From: Macrostomum lignano
Lineage: Eukaryota
Direction of reading: 5' to 3'
DNA length: 64,000 nucleotides
NCBI GenBank assembly: GCA_002269645.1
Contig: NIVC01000892.1
Location: forward strand, 124,001-188,000
Numbering within the stretch: the stretch's first letter is position 1; each line of letters starts with the position of its first letter. Both the position numbers and the translations under genes were made by a program. Positions 1-15,329 of the stretch are shown one piece after another. The notes under the pieces were generated by a model, which searched no databases, was not told the DNA's origin, and was given only the letters and a program-made list of their open reading frames with translations.

Positions 1-1
1 C

Positions 2-667
2 GTCGACAGCAGCGGCACCGTCTGCCTGCCAGCTACAGTGGAATCCCGCGTCAACGACCACACAGAAGATGATCAACCCGTCAGAGCCCCCAAGCCGTCA
101 GCCTCTGTCTCGCCGCCCGGCCTCTATCTGGGCCTCGGCTTCTCCCCATGGCAACCGTTGCCAAGCGGCGACAGCTCCGACTACGAATGGGCTCGGGCTA
201 TCAGCCAGTTGCTAGGGAGAACCACAACACCTGAGGCGGCTAGCGATTGCCCGCTGGTTACCAAGGCCAGCGGCGATGACGGCGTGCTGCTGAGGCTGGA
301 GCTGCCGGCTCTCTCGGCCATAGACAGCTCGGAACCGACCGACTCCGAGCTCAGAGAGCGCCGGTTGCACTTTTGTTTGCGCCAGCTGCGCCTAGTCGCT
401 CTGCTGGTTGCTAGGCAACTGCCCGAGGTGAGGCTGGAGCCCCGCCTGGCCAAGCTTCGGTCCGCCCTCATCACCTACGTTAAGCCACCGCCGCCTCCGC
501 CACCGCCGCCGTCGACGTCGCGCTTCGACCGAGGAGGTTTCGACTCGAGCAGACTCGGGCAGCGGGGAGGAACTGCGAGCGGAGGTGGCACAGTCAACGG
601 CTGCGGCTTCTGCGTTGCCGTGGCAACTGTTCACCTGTTTGTGGTTGCTAGGGCAATGGTTGCTTAG
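2..667 (+). CDS. Possible coding exon of an unknown gene entering from the left edge; partly duplicated at 3771-4085
   Basis: Frame open from base 2 to TAG at 665-667; GC-rich; no recognisable domain. The 3' half overlaps a duplicated repeat-bearing segment, so coding status is doubtful. Confidence 0.3.
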   Translation, partial: VDSSGTVCLPATVESRVNDHTEDDQPVRAPKPSASVSPPGLYLGLGFSPWQPLPSGDSSDYEWARAISQLLGRTTTPEAASDCPLVTKASGDDGVLLRLELPALSAIDSSEPTDSELRERRLHFCLRQLRLVALLVARQLPEVRLEPRLAKLRSALITYVKPPPPPPPPPSTSRFDRGGFDSSRLGQRGGTASGGGTVNGCGFCVAVATVHLFVVARAMVA

Positions 668-1140
668 CAACAACCGGTTCTTACTTGGTTGCTAAGGCAA
701 TAGTGGCTTAGCAACAACCGGTTCTTACTTGGTTGCTATGGCAATAGTGGCTTAGCAACAACCGGTTCTTACTTTGTTGCTATGGCAATGGTTGCTTAAC
801 AACAACCGTTTCTTACTTTGTTGCTATGATAATGGTAACTTAGTAACAACCGGTTTTTACTTGGTTGCTATGGCAATTGTTGCTTAGCAACAACCTGCCT
901 TTACTTTGTTTATATGTCAATAGCTAGTTGTTTTATCGTCACGTATTGTTGAAATTGTTGCCGCTGCGTGGAAACTTTATAAAAACAGACTCGTTGCTAT
1001 GGCAACAATAGCTAAGCAACAACGAACACAATCGTCGTTGCTATGCCAACGGTTGCTCAAACAAAACAGTAAATTACAAGTAGCTGTTTCTATGGCAGCA
1101 GTTTGTATCTAGCAAGTACTTTTTTGTTGGTATAGCAACG
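644..1140. repeat. Tandem array of ~43-44 bp units carrying RFX X-box-like palindromes (GTTGCTATGGCAAY, GTTGCTTAGCAAC)
   Basis: Unit approximately GTTGCTATGGCAATGGTTGCTTAGCAACAACCGGTTCTTACTTG repeated about 6 times; GTTGCTATGGCAAC at 993-1006. Confidence 0.75.
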
Positions 1141-1946
1141 GTGATCTCTATACAACAAATATGACTAGTGTAAGGTGCTACAGCATGTTTAGCTCGTTAA
1201 TCTCATGCATAATTAATTATTATAAGACGATAATTAGTTCGGAAAAAGTTTTGTTAAAAAGTAATGACTTTTTTTTAATGATACTGCTCTCCGATATGAT
1301 TGCTTCTAGCAATCAATTATTTCAGCGCTTCTGATTCCGAGCTAAGCGATTTTTTTTCAAAATTCTATTTTTTAATGTAGTCTCCACTGCTCCTAAAAGT
1401 ACAGTCGCTTTTCAATGATGAGTCATAGGGGAGGGGCGGCCGCAGTCTCCATCCGCTTGATCGAGTCTTTCAATCGCTTTGCACTTATGAAATCAGTTAA
1501 ACTTGCCTCCTTCACTTTCCAATGCAAACTGCTCTACAATGCAAAACAATAGCTGCTAATATTCTCATCAACTACTTTCAGCTTACCGCGTGAGTTTCTA
1601 CGCTATTTTTTTCTAAAAAGAAACCTGTCATTGACTCGAATGTTGTAATTTTTCATTTCTAAGAAAGCGTGCAATCATTAGTTTTGTTATTAATTTGCTC
1701 ATTGTTTGGCTAATCAAACTGTCTTATTTTTAGCTGTTTAAATGCGCCCATTATGCAATCAAGATTATCCTGTCACTTGAGTGTAAATTTTAAATTGAAG
1801 CAATCAAAACCCAGCTGAATAAAGTGTATTACAGCCTGCATTGCTAGCGTTTAGATGAGATTACTGCTCACTGTTAAATTGCTGCTTCTTACTTGACTTG
1901 CTTGCTAATGGAATCCTTCTTTTATTGGAGAAAATTTGACAGTCAG

Positions 1947-2435
1947 GGTCTAACAGGTGACACTGTCTAACAGGTGACACTATCGAACAGGTGACACACA
2001 CTGTCTAACAGGTGACACACACTGTCTAACAGGTGACACTGTCTAACAGGTGACACACACTGTCTAACAGGTGACACTGTCTAACAGGTGACACACACTG
2101 TCTAACAGGTGACACACACTGTCTAACAGGTGACACACACTGTCTAACAGGTGACACTGTCGAACAGGTGACACTCACGAACAGGTGACACTCACTATCT
2201 AACAGGTGAAACACACTGTCTAACAGGTGACACTATCTAACAGGTGACACTATCTAACAGGTGAAACACACTATCTAACAGGTGACACTATCTAACAGGT
2301 GACACACACTGTCTAACAGGTGACACACACTGTCTAACAGGTGACACACACTGTCTAACAGGTTACACACACTGTCTAACAGGTGACACACACTGTCTAA
2401 CAGGTGACACACACTGTCTAACAGGTTACACTGTC
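1947..2435. repeat. Minisatellite of 16/20-bp units CTAACAGGTGACAC(ACAC)TGT
   Basis: Direct reading of tandem units; explains ORFs 2026-2214 and 2275-2580. Confidence 0.95.
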
Positions 2436-2825
2436 CAACAAAATGACAAGCTCTCTTATTCCAGTTTTTAAGTTGAAATTCATTAATTCCCGAAAACGGG
2501 GTTGCGTGTCCCGTCAGACAAAATCCGAAGTTGCCCTTGGCAAGCATTTTTACATCCTTCTTTCCTGCCTTACCTGTCAATCAACTAAAAGTTAATAAGA
2601 CTTCAGGAGTTATCTCCGTGACTTGATGCCCACCGAAATCTTTTTAATCGCTTAAAAACGGAAACGTCAAAAAAAGTTGTTCTATTTTCTTTTTAATGAA
2701 TCTGAAAAAAGCTACTAGTATGTTCCAGGTTCCGTGTTAGTTTGTTTTCTTCTGAGGTCTAGTTAGTGCCATTATTCATGTTTTATACTAAAAAACTGTT
2801 CATAGTGCCTTTACTACAGTTATTA

Positions 2826-3390
2826 GTGCCATTATTAGCATCCACAGTGCCATTATCGCATCGATAGTGCCATTATCAGCATCGATAGTGCCATTATCAG
2901 CATCGATAGTGCCATTATCAGCATCGATAGTGTCATTATTGGCAAGACACATGTACCGTCACGGAAAAATTTCTGATCGAATGGTACAAGTTTGAATAAA
3001 AAATCGGTTGAGCCGTTTTTTCTCTAATCGATCACACAGTCACAGACAAACCAGATTTAGTATATTTAGACTAGAGCGTTATGGACAAGCATTCAAACAA
3101 ACATACAAACCTTAGAGATTTAGTATATTTAGATAGTGCCATTATCAGCATCGATAGTGCCATTATCAGCATCGATAGTGCCATTATGAACATCGATAGT
3201 GATATTATCAGCATCGATAGTGCCATTATCAGCATCGATAGTGCCATTATCAGCATCGAAAGTGCCATTATCAGCATCGATAGTGCCATTATCAGCATCG
3301 ATAGTGCCATTATCAGCATCGATAGTGCCATTATTAGCATCTTTAGTGCCATTATTAACATCGATGGCAGTGCCATTATTAGCTATAATG
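2826..3390. repeat. 21-bp minisatellite ATAGTGCCATTATCAGCATCG in two blocks (~2826-2940, ~3134-3390)
   Basis: Tandem units visible; explains ORFs at 3071-3491. Confidence 0.95.
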
Positions 3391-3782
3391 TTATCACAGG
3401 CGGCAGAATTGATATTTCTGATGATTTTTCGTTTTATCAGCCATTAGACATTCAAGCGCGTGGAAACTGCTTTTTCCAAATTTGGCATTGAATTTCTGCC
3501 AAACAAAATTTCCTCACCAAAACGGCATGAGCAGTCGCATTGTCACCCACCGGAGCAGGAAAAGCTGCAAACGTAATTCAATTGATTCGCAGAGGTGGAC
3601 CGCTTTTTCATCGAGGAACTGATCGTCTCTGATTCTAGGGAACCGTGCAATTTTTTGGGTGCCAAGGAACGCCATTAGGCAAAATTGTCATCTATCACTT
3701 TCCGCATCGAATATCAAATCTCATGAGAAGCAGGCAACAGTTTTAGTAAGGGCGAGGCGACAACGGCGGGTTGCTGAGGCTG

Positions 3783-4380
3783 TTGCACTTTTGTTTGCGC
3801 CAGCTGCGCCTAGTCGCTCTGCTGGTTGCTAGGCAACTGCCCGAGGTGAGGCTGGAGCCCCGCCTGGCCAAGCTTCGGTCCGCCCTCATCACCTACGTTA
3901 AGCGGCCGCCGCCTCCGCCACCGCCGCCGTCGACGTCGCGCTTCGACCGAGGAGGCTTTGACTCGGGCAGACTCGGGCAGCGGGGAGGAACTGCGAGCGG
4001 AGGTGGCACAGTCAACGGCTGCGGCTTCTGCGTTGCCGTGGCAACTGTTCACCTGTTTGTTGTTGCTAGGGCAATGGTTGCTTAGCAACAACCGGTTCTT
4101 ACTTGGTTGAAACAACTGTTTTGAAACAACTGTTTATACTTTGTTTCTATGGCAATTGTTGCTTAGCAACAACCGTTTCTTACTTTGTTGCTATGGCAAT
4201 AATGGCAGCTTAGCAACAACCGGTTTTAACTTTGTTGCTATGGCAATGGTTGCTTAGCAACAACCGGTTCTTACTTGGTTGCTTTGGCAATGGTTTTTTA
4301 TCAATAGTGTATTGTTGAACTCGTTGCGGTTTCGTGGAGACTTGAGAGATGCAGACTCGTTGCGATGGCAATGGTTGCTT
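3783..4380 (+). repeat. Second copy of the 364-~1000 segment including the X-box-like array (4063-4380)
   Basis: Near-identical sequence TTGCACTTTTGTTTGCGCCAGC... through the GTTGCTATGGCAAT/GTTGCTTAGCAAC units. Confidence 0.9.
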
Positions 4381-4591
4381 GACAACGACGCTTACTGATA
4401 GCGGTTATGATAGAGAATGCTCTTCGGGTGCAAAGCTCTATGTGATCAGAAAATTGGCAAAATCGAAATATTTTACTATTTTTGATTGGTTTCTAATTTC
4501 TTGTATATCCTTTTGTTAGGTCTGCTTCAGATAGAAAGAGCTTCTAATAAAAATAATTCAACTTGATAAAACTAGCAGTTTCAGTCTGTTC

Positions 4592-4826
4592 AGGGGGTTG
4601 TAGCCTAGTGGGGGGGGGTTGTAGCCTAGTGGGGGGTTGTAACCTAGTGGGGGGTTGTAGCCTAGTGGGGGGGGGTTGTAGCCTAGTGGGCGGGTTGTAG
4701 CCTAGTGGGGTGGGTTGTAGCCTAGTGGGCGGGTTGTAGCCTAGTGGGGGGGTTGTAACCTAGTGGGGGGGGGTTGTAGCCTAGTGGCGGGGTTGTAACC
4801 TAGTGGGGTGGGTTGTAGCCTAGTGG
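4592..4826 (+). repeat. Tandem amplification (12 copies) of the A-box-containing 5' end of the adjacent SINE
   Basis: GGTTGTAGCCTAGTGG(G)n repeated 12 times; the last copy continues into the SINE. Confidence 0.9.
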
Positions 4827-4985
4827 TCAGAGCGTCGGACTCACGACTTAAAGGTCAGGGGTTCGATTCCCGATCCCACTCGGAACAATTTGTGTCCTTA
4901 AGCAAGACACTCAACTCTGCATTGCTTCAGTTCACCTAGCGATAAAATGGGTGCCAGCATTAGCTGGTAGTAATTGAGGGTGTGT
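4811..4985 (+). mobile_element. tRNA-derived SINE with CORE-like central domain
   Basis: A-box TAGCCTAGTGG (4816-4826), B-box GGTTCGATTCC (4860-4870), then GTGTCCTTAAGCAAGACACTCAACTCTGCATTGCTTCAGTTCACCTAGCGATAAAATGGG, which resembles the MIR/CORE consensus by eye. Confidence 0.75.
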
Positions 4986-5756
4986 GGCGACCCCCCCCCC
5001 CAGTCCTTGGACTGAACAGCCGTACGCAGCCTTCAGATGCGCCGCGCAATAGCTGCGGCTGAGCTGTCGGTTGCACATCTGGCCCAATTCGGGCAGGTGT
5101 AATCAATTATTTTTTTACTATTAGTCAGTTCAAAATCTCATATTAAGTCGGTTAGATTAAAAGTCACAAGAAGCAGTTATGACGTAATCAATTTCTCAGT
5201 CAGTCAGTATCAGTCTTCATAAAAGTTAACAACGTCGTTTAACCTCAAGTTCATAGTCGAAAAGTTCTGCTTGACCATTGCAAAAAGAGCATGTTTCTCG
5301 AATATTCAATCCCCTAATTAGCATCGATACTATATTCTTGGAGACAATACATGTACTGTCACAGAAAAATTTTTGATAGAACAGTGCAAGTTTTATGAAA
5401 ATCGGTTGAGACGTTTTTTTCTGGAATCAATCACATAGGTGACTCATTTTTGTTTAGTGGACTTGTTGCTATGGCAACGCAAGCCACTATTGCCATAAAT
5501 GGAATTGATTCTTCATGAAAAGCAAGCGGTAATTTTATTACGTATTTAGTATATAGGAAATCTCATAACTGACGCGCTTACGTCAAATCCGTTGAGTTTG
5601 CGTGCTGTAAAACACGAAGGACAGTGTGACTCGCCTCATGTAACATTTAATAGGCAAACTGTCTTTGAGCACTGCTCTTCAGGCAGACTTTGACTTTGTC
5701 TCTGGCGATTTGATACTTTTTAGCCTTCCACGCCACCATTGCTAAAATCATTAATT

Positions 5757-6990
<1,234 letters not shown>

Positions 6991-7612
6991 AGTTACCTTG
7001 CCATGGACAACCATCTGATTTACGCGTCCCAATAGTTTTAGTGGTCCTTGCAGGAATTGTAAGAAAACCGTCACTATAAACTGCTATTCGCAGTGCTAAA
7101 AACAAAGATAGATAGATAGCTGCTCAACAGGTTATCAAAGCAATCAGTCTTAAATGAACCTAAACTAAATTGAAATGACTGAGAAGCAACGTGTTGTTGC
7201 TTCAAAAAAAGATCATTTTTTAAAGAGACCGATTTATCGCAAGCAAGCAGAAATGCCACATTTGCGCTGCTATAAGCAAGCGTGATTTCTGTAGCCCATG
7301 ACAAGTGGCCTCTTCAAGGCCTCTTAGTGAGCAGTTCACTCACAGTGTGTTTTTTTAGCGATTCTCCCAATTTTGGCATTGGGCATGCACCCAACCTCTC
7401 TGAATTTGAGCATCATCCTTCTCTCGGGCAGCAGCCAATGACTACCTATCTTCAATTTTCAGTAACATCGCATAAAATCTGCTTTGCCATCCTCACTTTT
7501 CCTTCTGCTGCTTTTGTTCTTCTCAAGGATCCTTGACGGGAATATCTAGGAATAAAACACTTTTCACAGCCAGGTAAGACTGCGTTTGTTGGATCTTGCA
7601 TATGTAGTGATT

Positions 7613-7860
7613 GGCGCCCCTTGGTGCTGGCGCCCCTTGGTGCTGGCGCCCCTTGGTGCTGGCGCCCCTTGGTGCTGGCGCCCCTTGGTGCTGGCGCCCC
7701 TTGGTGCTGGCGCCCCTTGGTGCTGGCGCAAAATGGCGCCCCACAATGGCGCCCCACAATGGCCCCCACAATGGAGCCCCAACAATGGCGTCCCCCACAA
7801 TGGCGCCCCCATAATGCCCCCCACAATGGCGCCCCACAATGGCGCCCCCATAATGCCACT
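7613..7860. repeat. 16-bp GGCGCCCCTTGGTGCT minisatellite plus CCCACAATGGCGC units; same family as 26326-26800
   Basis: Tandem units; both loci are followed by ...AATAAA...TCCTGGCTAC. Confidence 0.93.
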
Positions 7861-7996
7861 TCAATAAAGAATCCTGGCTACACGTAATATTTTTAAATCA
7901 AGAAACTGGACACCAACTCGCATCCATTGGTGCTGGGAAGCAATTGACGTCAATCAGTGATGCTGGCCACCCTGTTCAGGTTAAAACGGACTGCAA

Positions 7997-9721
<1,725 letters not shown>

Positions 9722-10137
9722 GCAACCCGGACTCAATCTGGAATCTGCAGGACAAAGAGACTGAAAAAACGCATCAAATGAATACTAAGAAACGGACAAC
9801 ATGTCGCTAGCAGCTACTTACAAAAGCCAAGTAGCATAGAAGGCATATAATAAAGCACTGTTGTTACTCAAATTTATTCTCTCTAACTAATAAACTACGG
9901 ACCTTTGCGGTTTCAGCAATAAAAAACTGTTAATTCAAGATATATTCTACCTTTTTGCTCTACTTAAAGTAGCACAGTGCGGACTTGATTTTTATTCCTT
10001 TTTTAAGACAAGCCATTTGCAATGTAAACAAAGCACTAAACTTCACCGCTTCATTTCAGCGACCGCAAAACAAATCATCTGAAGGACAAAGATACTCGAT
10101 TTCTAAGAAAAAGATGATGCATCAACCAACTCGACAG

Positions 10138-11012
10138 ATGCCACTGCTGCCTCTGCTGCTGCTGCTGTCACTGCTGCTTCTGGCCAGTTCTGCTGACGGC
10201 TTCCGAATTGATGGACAGCTGCATGACGGCCCGGTTTTCAAGTGAGGCCTGAATCCTGGGGTCTCTAGTCAAACAGTTTTGCTAGGCAGCCTCTCAAATC
10301 AATTCGAATTTTCGAACTTCAGCGCATTCCAACGCAGCCAGCGAGGCAACACAGAGACGGACCGGCTGCTGGCCCAGCTGAATGACCTCATCGAGCAGGA
10401 GAGGTTTCTGCGGTACCGCATCAGGTGACTCTGGTGTATCTTATAACTCATATCTCATTTCTTATAACTCATATCTCATATCTCATATCACATATCTCAT
10501 ATCTCATATCTCATATGATATCACAACCACTCATACCCTCTCACACCTTTTCATAACCTCTCACCCACTCACACTCTCACACCCTCGCACGTACATATAG
10601 GAAGAGAAGTAATAGATCGTCTGAGAAAGCCTGAGAGGATCTGAGAGGATCTGAGAGGGTCTGAGAGGGTCTGAGAGGGTCTGAGAGGGTCTGAGAGGGT
10701 ATGAGAGGGTCTGAGAGGGTCTGAGAGGATCTGAGAGGGTCTGAGAGGGTCTGAGAGGGTCTGAGAGGGTCTGAGAGGGTCTGAGAGGGTCTGAGAGGGT
10801 CTGAGAGGGTCTGAGAGGGTCTGAGAGGGTCTGAGAGGGTCTGAGAGGGTCTGAGAGGGTATGAGAGAGTGTGAGAGGGTGTGAGAGGCTGAGAGAGTGT
10901 GAGCTTACTTTCCAAATCCTCTTTCATCCCCTCGTTCACCTGCACTGTGCGTGTCAATCGTACACCTCAAATTTACTCGTACACCCCACACTTAACTTGC
11001 AGAATGGGATAA
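10138..11012 (+). CDS. Neuropeptide precursor B (71 aa), paralogue of A; predicted mature peptide GNTETDRLLAQLNDLIEQERFLRYRIRM-amide
   Basis: Exons 10138-10241, 10323-10424, 11003-11012 (AA|GTGAGG, TTCAG|C, AG|GTGACT, TTGCAG|A), both introns phase 2. Translation: MPLLPLLLLLSLLLLASSADG-FRIDGQLHDGPVFNAFQ-RSQR-GNTETDRLLAQLNDLIEQERFLRYRIRMG*. An upstream in-frame ATG at 10114 is also possible. Confidence 0.85.
10620..10890. repeat. 10-bp minisatellite (TCTGAGAGGG)n in intron 2 of precursor B
   Basis: Direct reading. Confidence 0.95.
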
Positions 11013-11365
11013 AAATGTTCGTTAAACTTTGCAGAGCTGCTAAAACAAACATCCATATGACAATGGCAAACAAAATCTTATATTTAAATTGGCGCGAAAA
11101 ATTTTTATTGTGGGCTGGCTTCGTTACAGAAATGAATTTGTCTTGTCTGGAATTCAACAGGCAGACTTGCCAGAATAATAATCTCAGCCTGTATTTTGCG
11201 AGACTTTTTGACAATCCTATTTTGCCAGCTTATTGCCATAGTCTATACGATCTCATATTGGTATGTAAATCATTGAGAAGGTTGACAATTACAAATAAAC
11301 ACTTTTATTGAAGATGGCAGGTAAATCCTCTTCAAAATTTTGCAATATTCTTTGCCTATTTTATG

Positions 11366-13755
11366 CAGGGATGCAGGGAGAGAGATGAGAGCAAACAGAG
11401 GGATGAGAGCAAACAGAGGGATGAGAGCAAACAGAGGGATGAGAGCAAACAGATGGATGCAGGGAGAGAGGTGAGAGCAAACAGAGGGATGAGAGCAAAC
11501 AGAGGGATGCAGGGAGAGAGATGAGAGCAAACAGAGGGATGCAGGGAGAGAGATGAGAGCAAACAGAGATATTTAGGGCTGACAGATGAGAGCAAACAGA
11601 GATATTTAGGGCTGAGAGATGAGAGCAAACAGAGGGATGTAGGGTGAGAGATGAGAGCAAACAGAGGGATGTAGGGTGAGAGATGAGAGCAAACAGAGGG
11701 ATGTAGGGTGAGAGATGAGAGCAAACAGAGGGATGTAGGGAGAGAGATGAGAGCAAACAGAGGGATGTAGGGTGAGAGATGAGAGCAAACAGAGGGATGT
11801 AGGGTGAGAGATGAGAGCAAACAGAGATATTTAGGGCTGAGAGATGAGAGCAAACAGAGGGATGTAGGGTGAGAGATGAGAGCAAACAGAGGGATGCAGG
11901 GAGAGAGATGAGAGCAAACAGAGGGATGTAGAGAGAGAGATGAGAGCAAACAGAGGGATGTAGGGTGAGAGATGAGAGCAAACAGAGGGATGTAGGGTGA
12001 GAGATGAGAGCAAACAGAGGGATGAGAGCAAACAGAGGGATGAGAGCAAACAGAGAGGTGAGAGCAAACAGAGGGATGAGAGCAAACAGAGGGATGCAGG
12101 GAGAGAGATGAGAGCAAACAGAGGGATGCAGGGAGAGAGATGAGAGCAAACAGAGATATTTAGGGCTGACAGATGAGAGCAAACAGAGATATTTAGGGCT
12201 GAGAGATGAGAGCAAACAGAGGGATGTAGGGTGAGAGATGAGAGCAAACAGAGGGATGTAGGGTGAGAGATGAGAGCAAACAGAGATATTTAGGGCTGAG
12301 AGATGAGAGCAAACAGAGGGATGTAGGGTGAGAGATGAGAGCAAACAGAGGGATGTAGGGAGAGAGATGAGAGCAAACAGAGGGATGTAGGGTGAGAGAT
12401 GAGAGCAAACAGAGGGATGAGAGCAAACAGAGGGATGAGAGCAAACAGAGGGATGAGAGCAAACAGATGGATGCAGGGAGAGAGGTGAGAGCAAACAGAG
12501 GGATGAGAGCAAACAGAGGGATGCAGGGAGAGAGATGAGAGCAAACAGAGGGATGTAGGGTGAGAGATGAGAGCAAACAGAGGGATGTAGGGTGAGAGAT
12601 GAGAGCAAACAGAGGGATGCAGGGAGAGAGATGAGAGCAATCAGAGGGATGTAGGGTGAGAGATGAGAGCAAACAGAGGGATGTAGGGTGAGAGATGGGA
12701 GCAAACAGAGGGATGCAGGGAGAGAGATGAGAGCAAACAGAGGGATGTAGGGTGAGAGATGAGAACAAACAGAGATATTTAGGGCTGAGAGATGAGAGCA
12801 AACAGAGGGATGCAGGGAGAGAGATGAGAGCAAACAGAGGGATGTAGGGAGAGAGATGAGAGCAAACAGAGGGATGTAGGGTGAGAGATGAGAGCAAACA
12901 GAGGGATGTAGGGTGAGAGATGAGAGCAAACAGAGATATTTAGGGAGAGAGATGAGAGCAAACAGAGATATTTAGGGCAGAGAGATGAGAGCAAACAGAG
13001 GGATGTAGGGTGAGAGATGAGAGCAAACAGAGGGATGCAGGGAGAGAGATGAAAGCAAACAGAGGGATGTAGGGTGAGAGATGAGAGCAAACAGAGGGAT
13101 GTAGGGTGAGAGATGAGAGCAAACAGAGGGATGTAGGGTGAGAGATGAGAGCAAACAGAGATATTTAGGGAGAGAGATGAGAGCAAACAGAGATATTTAG
13201 GGCAGAGAGATGAGAGCAAACAGAGGGATGCAGGGAGAGAGATGAAAGCAAACAGAGGGATGCAGGGAGAGAGATGAAAGCAAACAGAGGGATGCAGGGA
13301 GAGAGACAAGAGCAAGAAGAGGAGAGATGAGAGTAAGCAGAGGAGAGATGAGAGCAAGCAGAGGGATGCAGGGAGAGTGATGAAAGCAAACAGAGGGATG
13401 CAGGGAGAGAGACAATAGCAAGAAGAGGAGAGATGAGAGTAAGCAGAGGAGAGATGAGAGCAAGCAGAGGAGAGATGAGAGGAATCAGAGGAGAGATGAG
13501 AGTAAGCAGAGGAGAGATGAGAGCAAGCAGAGGAGAGATGAGAGCAAGCAGAGGAGAGATGAGAGTAAGCAGAGGAGAGATGAGAGCAAGCAGAGGAGAG
13601 ATGAGAGCAAGCAGAGGAGAGATGAGAGCAAGCAGAGGAGAGATGAGAGCAAGCAGAGGAGAGATGAGAGCAAGCAGAGGAGAGATGAGAGCAAGCAGAG
13701 GAGAGATGAGAGCAAGCAGAGGAGAGATGAGAGCAAGCAGAGGAGAGATGAGAGT
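11366..13755. repeat. Compound purine-rich minisatellite (~2.4 kb) built on AGATGAGAGCAAACAGAGGGATG(T/C)AGGG(T/A)GAG, changing to a 21-bp unit at the 3' end
   Basis: Direct reading; explains all minus-strand ORFs at 11270-13794. Confidence 0.97.
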
Positions 13756-14588
13756 TATTGCAAACGATATTAAGAGATGCCTCATATGAGCCACAAAAAG
13801 TGTATCTTCATCACAGGGTAATACACTATAGCTATATAACTAAGTCGCTAGCATTTCAGTAGCTTAGGCCACCCCTACTTGCCAACAAAAACACTGCAAA
13901 ACATTTTAAAAGTATGCTCCGAGTATAGAAATTCCAACATTACAAATCATGACAGAGGCTGCAGCTGGGTAAATATGTTTTTCAGTTTTTCGATTATAAC
14001 AAATAGTTAATGAGAAACACGCATTAGAGTCTGCGGTAAACATCCATTTTGAGCAGAGGCCTGACAGTTCAGTCTCTCATGTGACGCGCATAGAAAACCT
14101 CTCAGCTACTGTTGTTGGCTGTCTCTGGCTGTTCTGTATTTTTTTCTCCTCACACAACCTTGAGTCTGGGCATTTGGCTACACCCCTGGCCATGTAAGAA
14201 GACTCAAACCCCCAGTAAACAGGCGCTCTTCGTATTACGTACGCGATATCTGCTTTCTGCTTTCACATTTCTGCAACCTTAGTGTGTACAGGCCTCTCTC
14301 CCTGAGTGTTTTGAACTATTTTTAGCCAGAGATTCTGAGGACAACACGCGGTAGGGTGGGGGAGGGAGGCACACAGCAAAGCACAATGGAATTTGTAAGC
14401 AAGCCAGGAATTTTAGGGTGACCCTAATTATGTTTCTCTGAGTAACTTCTCTACACCCGTTTAAGGTCATGAACCATCGTCTATAAATATAGCCAGAGGG
14501 CTGCAGATGATTGTCCCCAATAGGTGAACTCAAAACAAGAGCCAAAACATTTTAAAGGTCTCCAAACAGCACTCAGGTGGACTGCAGA

Positions 14589-14753
14589 ATGCAGCGAGCC
14601 AGACGCAGCTCCATCGTTTCCACGAGCAGCGGCAGCTCCAACGCCGGCTCGCATCGGCGTCGCAGCTCCGTGTCGTCGTTGAACCTGCCGACGCAGCCAC
14701 CGACGCAGGCGGCGCACTGTCGGCCGTTCCTCACTCAGCGACGTCGAGGCAGT

Positions 14754-14788
<35 letters not shown>

Positions 14789-15329
14789 CCCGGACAGTCT
14801 GTCATCGATCAGCGAGTCGGACAAGCCGACGCTCGAGCTGGCCGCCTATGCCAGCGAAGAGTTTGTCAACGCAATGCGCGAGGCGGCCGCCTCGAAGTTC
14901 ACGGTGGTGCCGAGCAGGCAGCTGCCGCCGCATCTGCGCCGGATGTCGGAGCCGCTGGTCGGTGGCCGGCGCCAGAGCACCTCGCTGGCCTCGGAGCGCC
15001 GGCACTCCGTCCACGAACTGGTGGACGGGCCGCCGGTTGCTTTCCTATCCAAGAAGAGCCACTTTGGCTCGGCCGATTCCGGCCACTTGTCCAGCTTTGC
15101 CGAACTGGACGAAGCTCTGGAGTCGGACGCGATGGCCGAGGTTGAAGCGGCTGAGACTGCTCGGGAGACTGCTCGATCGCTGTGGCAGCAACCGGCCTCG
15201 TCGACAACAGCAACAGTTGGCAGTCAGCTGTCAGAGAATGCTTCAACAGCTACGATTGGAGGTGCTGGCGGGGGCTCGAGTCGGGGTCAGAGACGCAAGG
15301 TGTCCATCGACTCGGCCGTTTGCATGTAA
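14589..15329 (+). CDS. Intrinsically disordered Ser/Arg-rich protein (single-exon gene or terminal exon) with poly-Q and multiple RRxS motifs
   Basis: Non-repetitive GC-rich open frame of ~246 codons in AT-rich flanks; ATG at 14589 is preceded by CTGCAG|A, a possible splice acceptor; no recognisable domain. Confidence 0.6.

Noticed and set aside
4811-4880. tRNA gene
   Set aside because: A and B boxes are present but no closing acceptor stem was found, and it continues into a CORE-like SINE body.
9985-10245. 86-aa ORF as a complete gene
   Set aside because: Only the 3' part (signal-peptide exon) is coding; it splices at 10241 to two further exons.
11270-13794. Long ORFs up to 522 aa
   Set aside because: They are translations of a stop-free minisatellite and open in several frames; the same applies to the ORFs at 2026-3491, 7452-7887, 8201-9036, 23914-24682, 26138-26779, 27441-28101, 29500-30669, 35031-35862, 43480-44399, 54156-54761 and 61565-62775.
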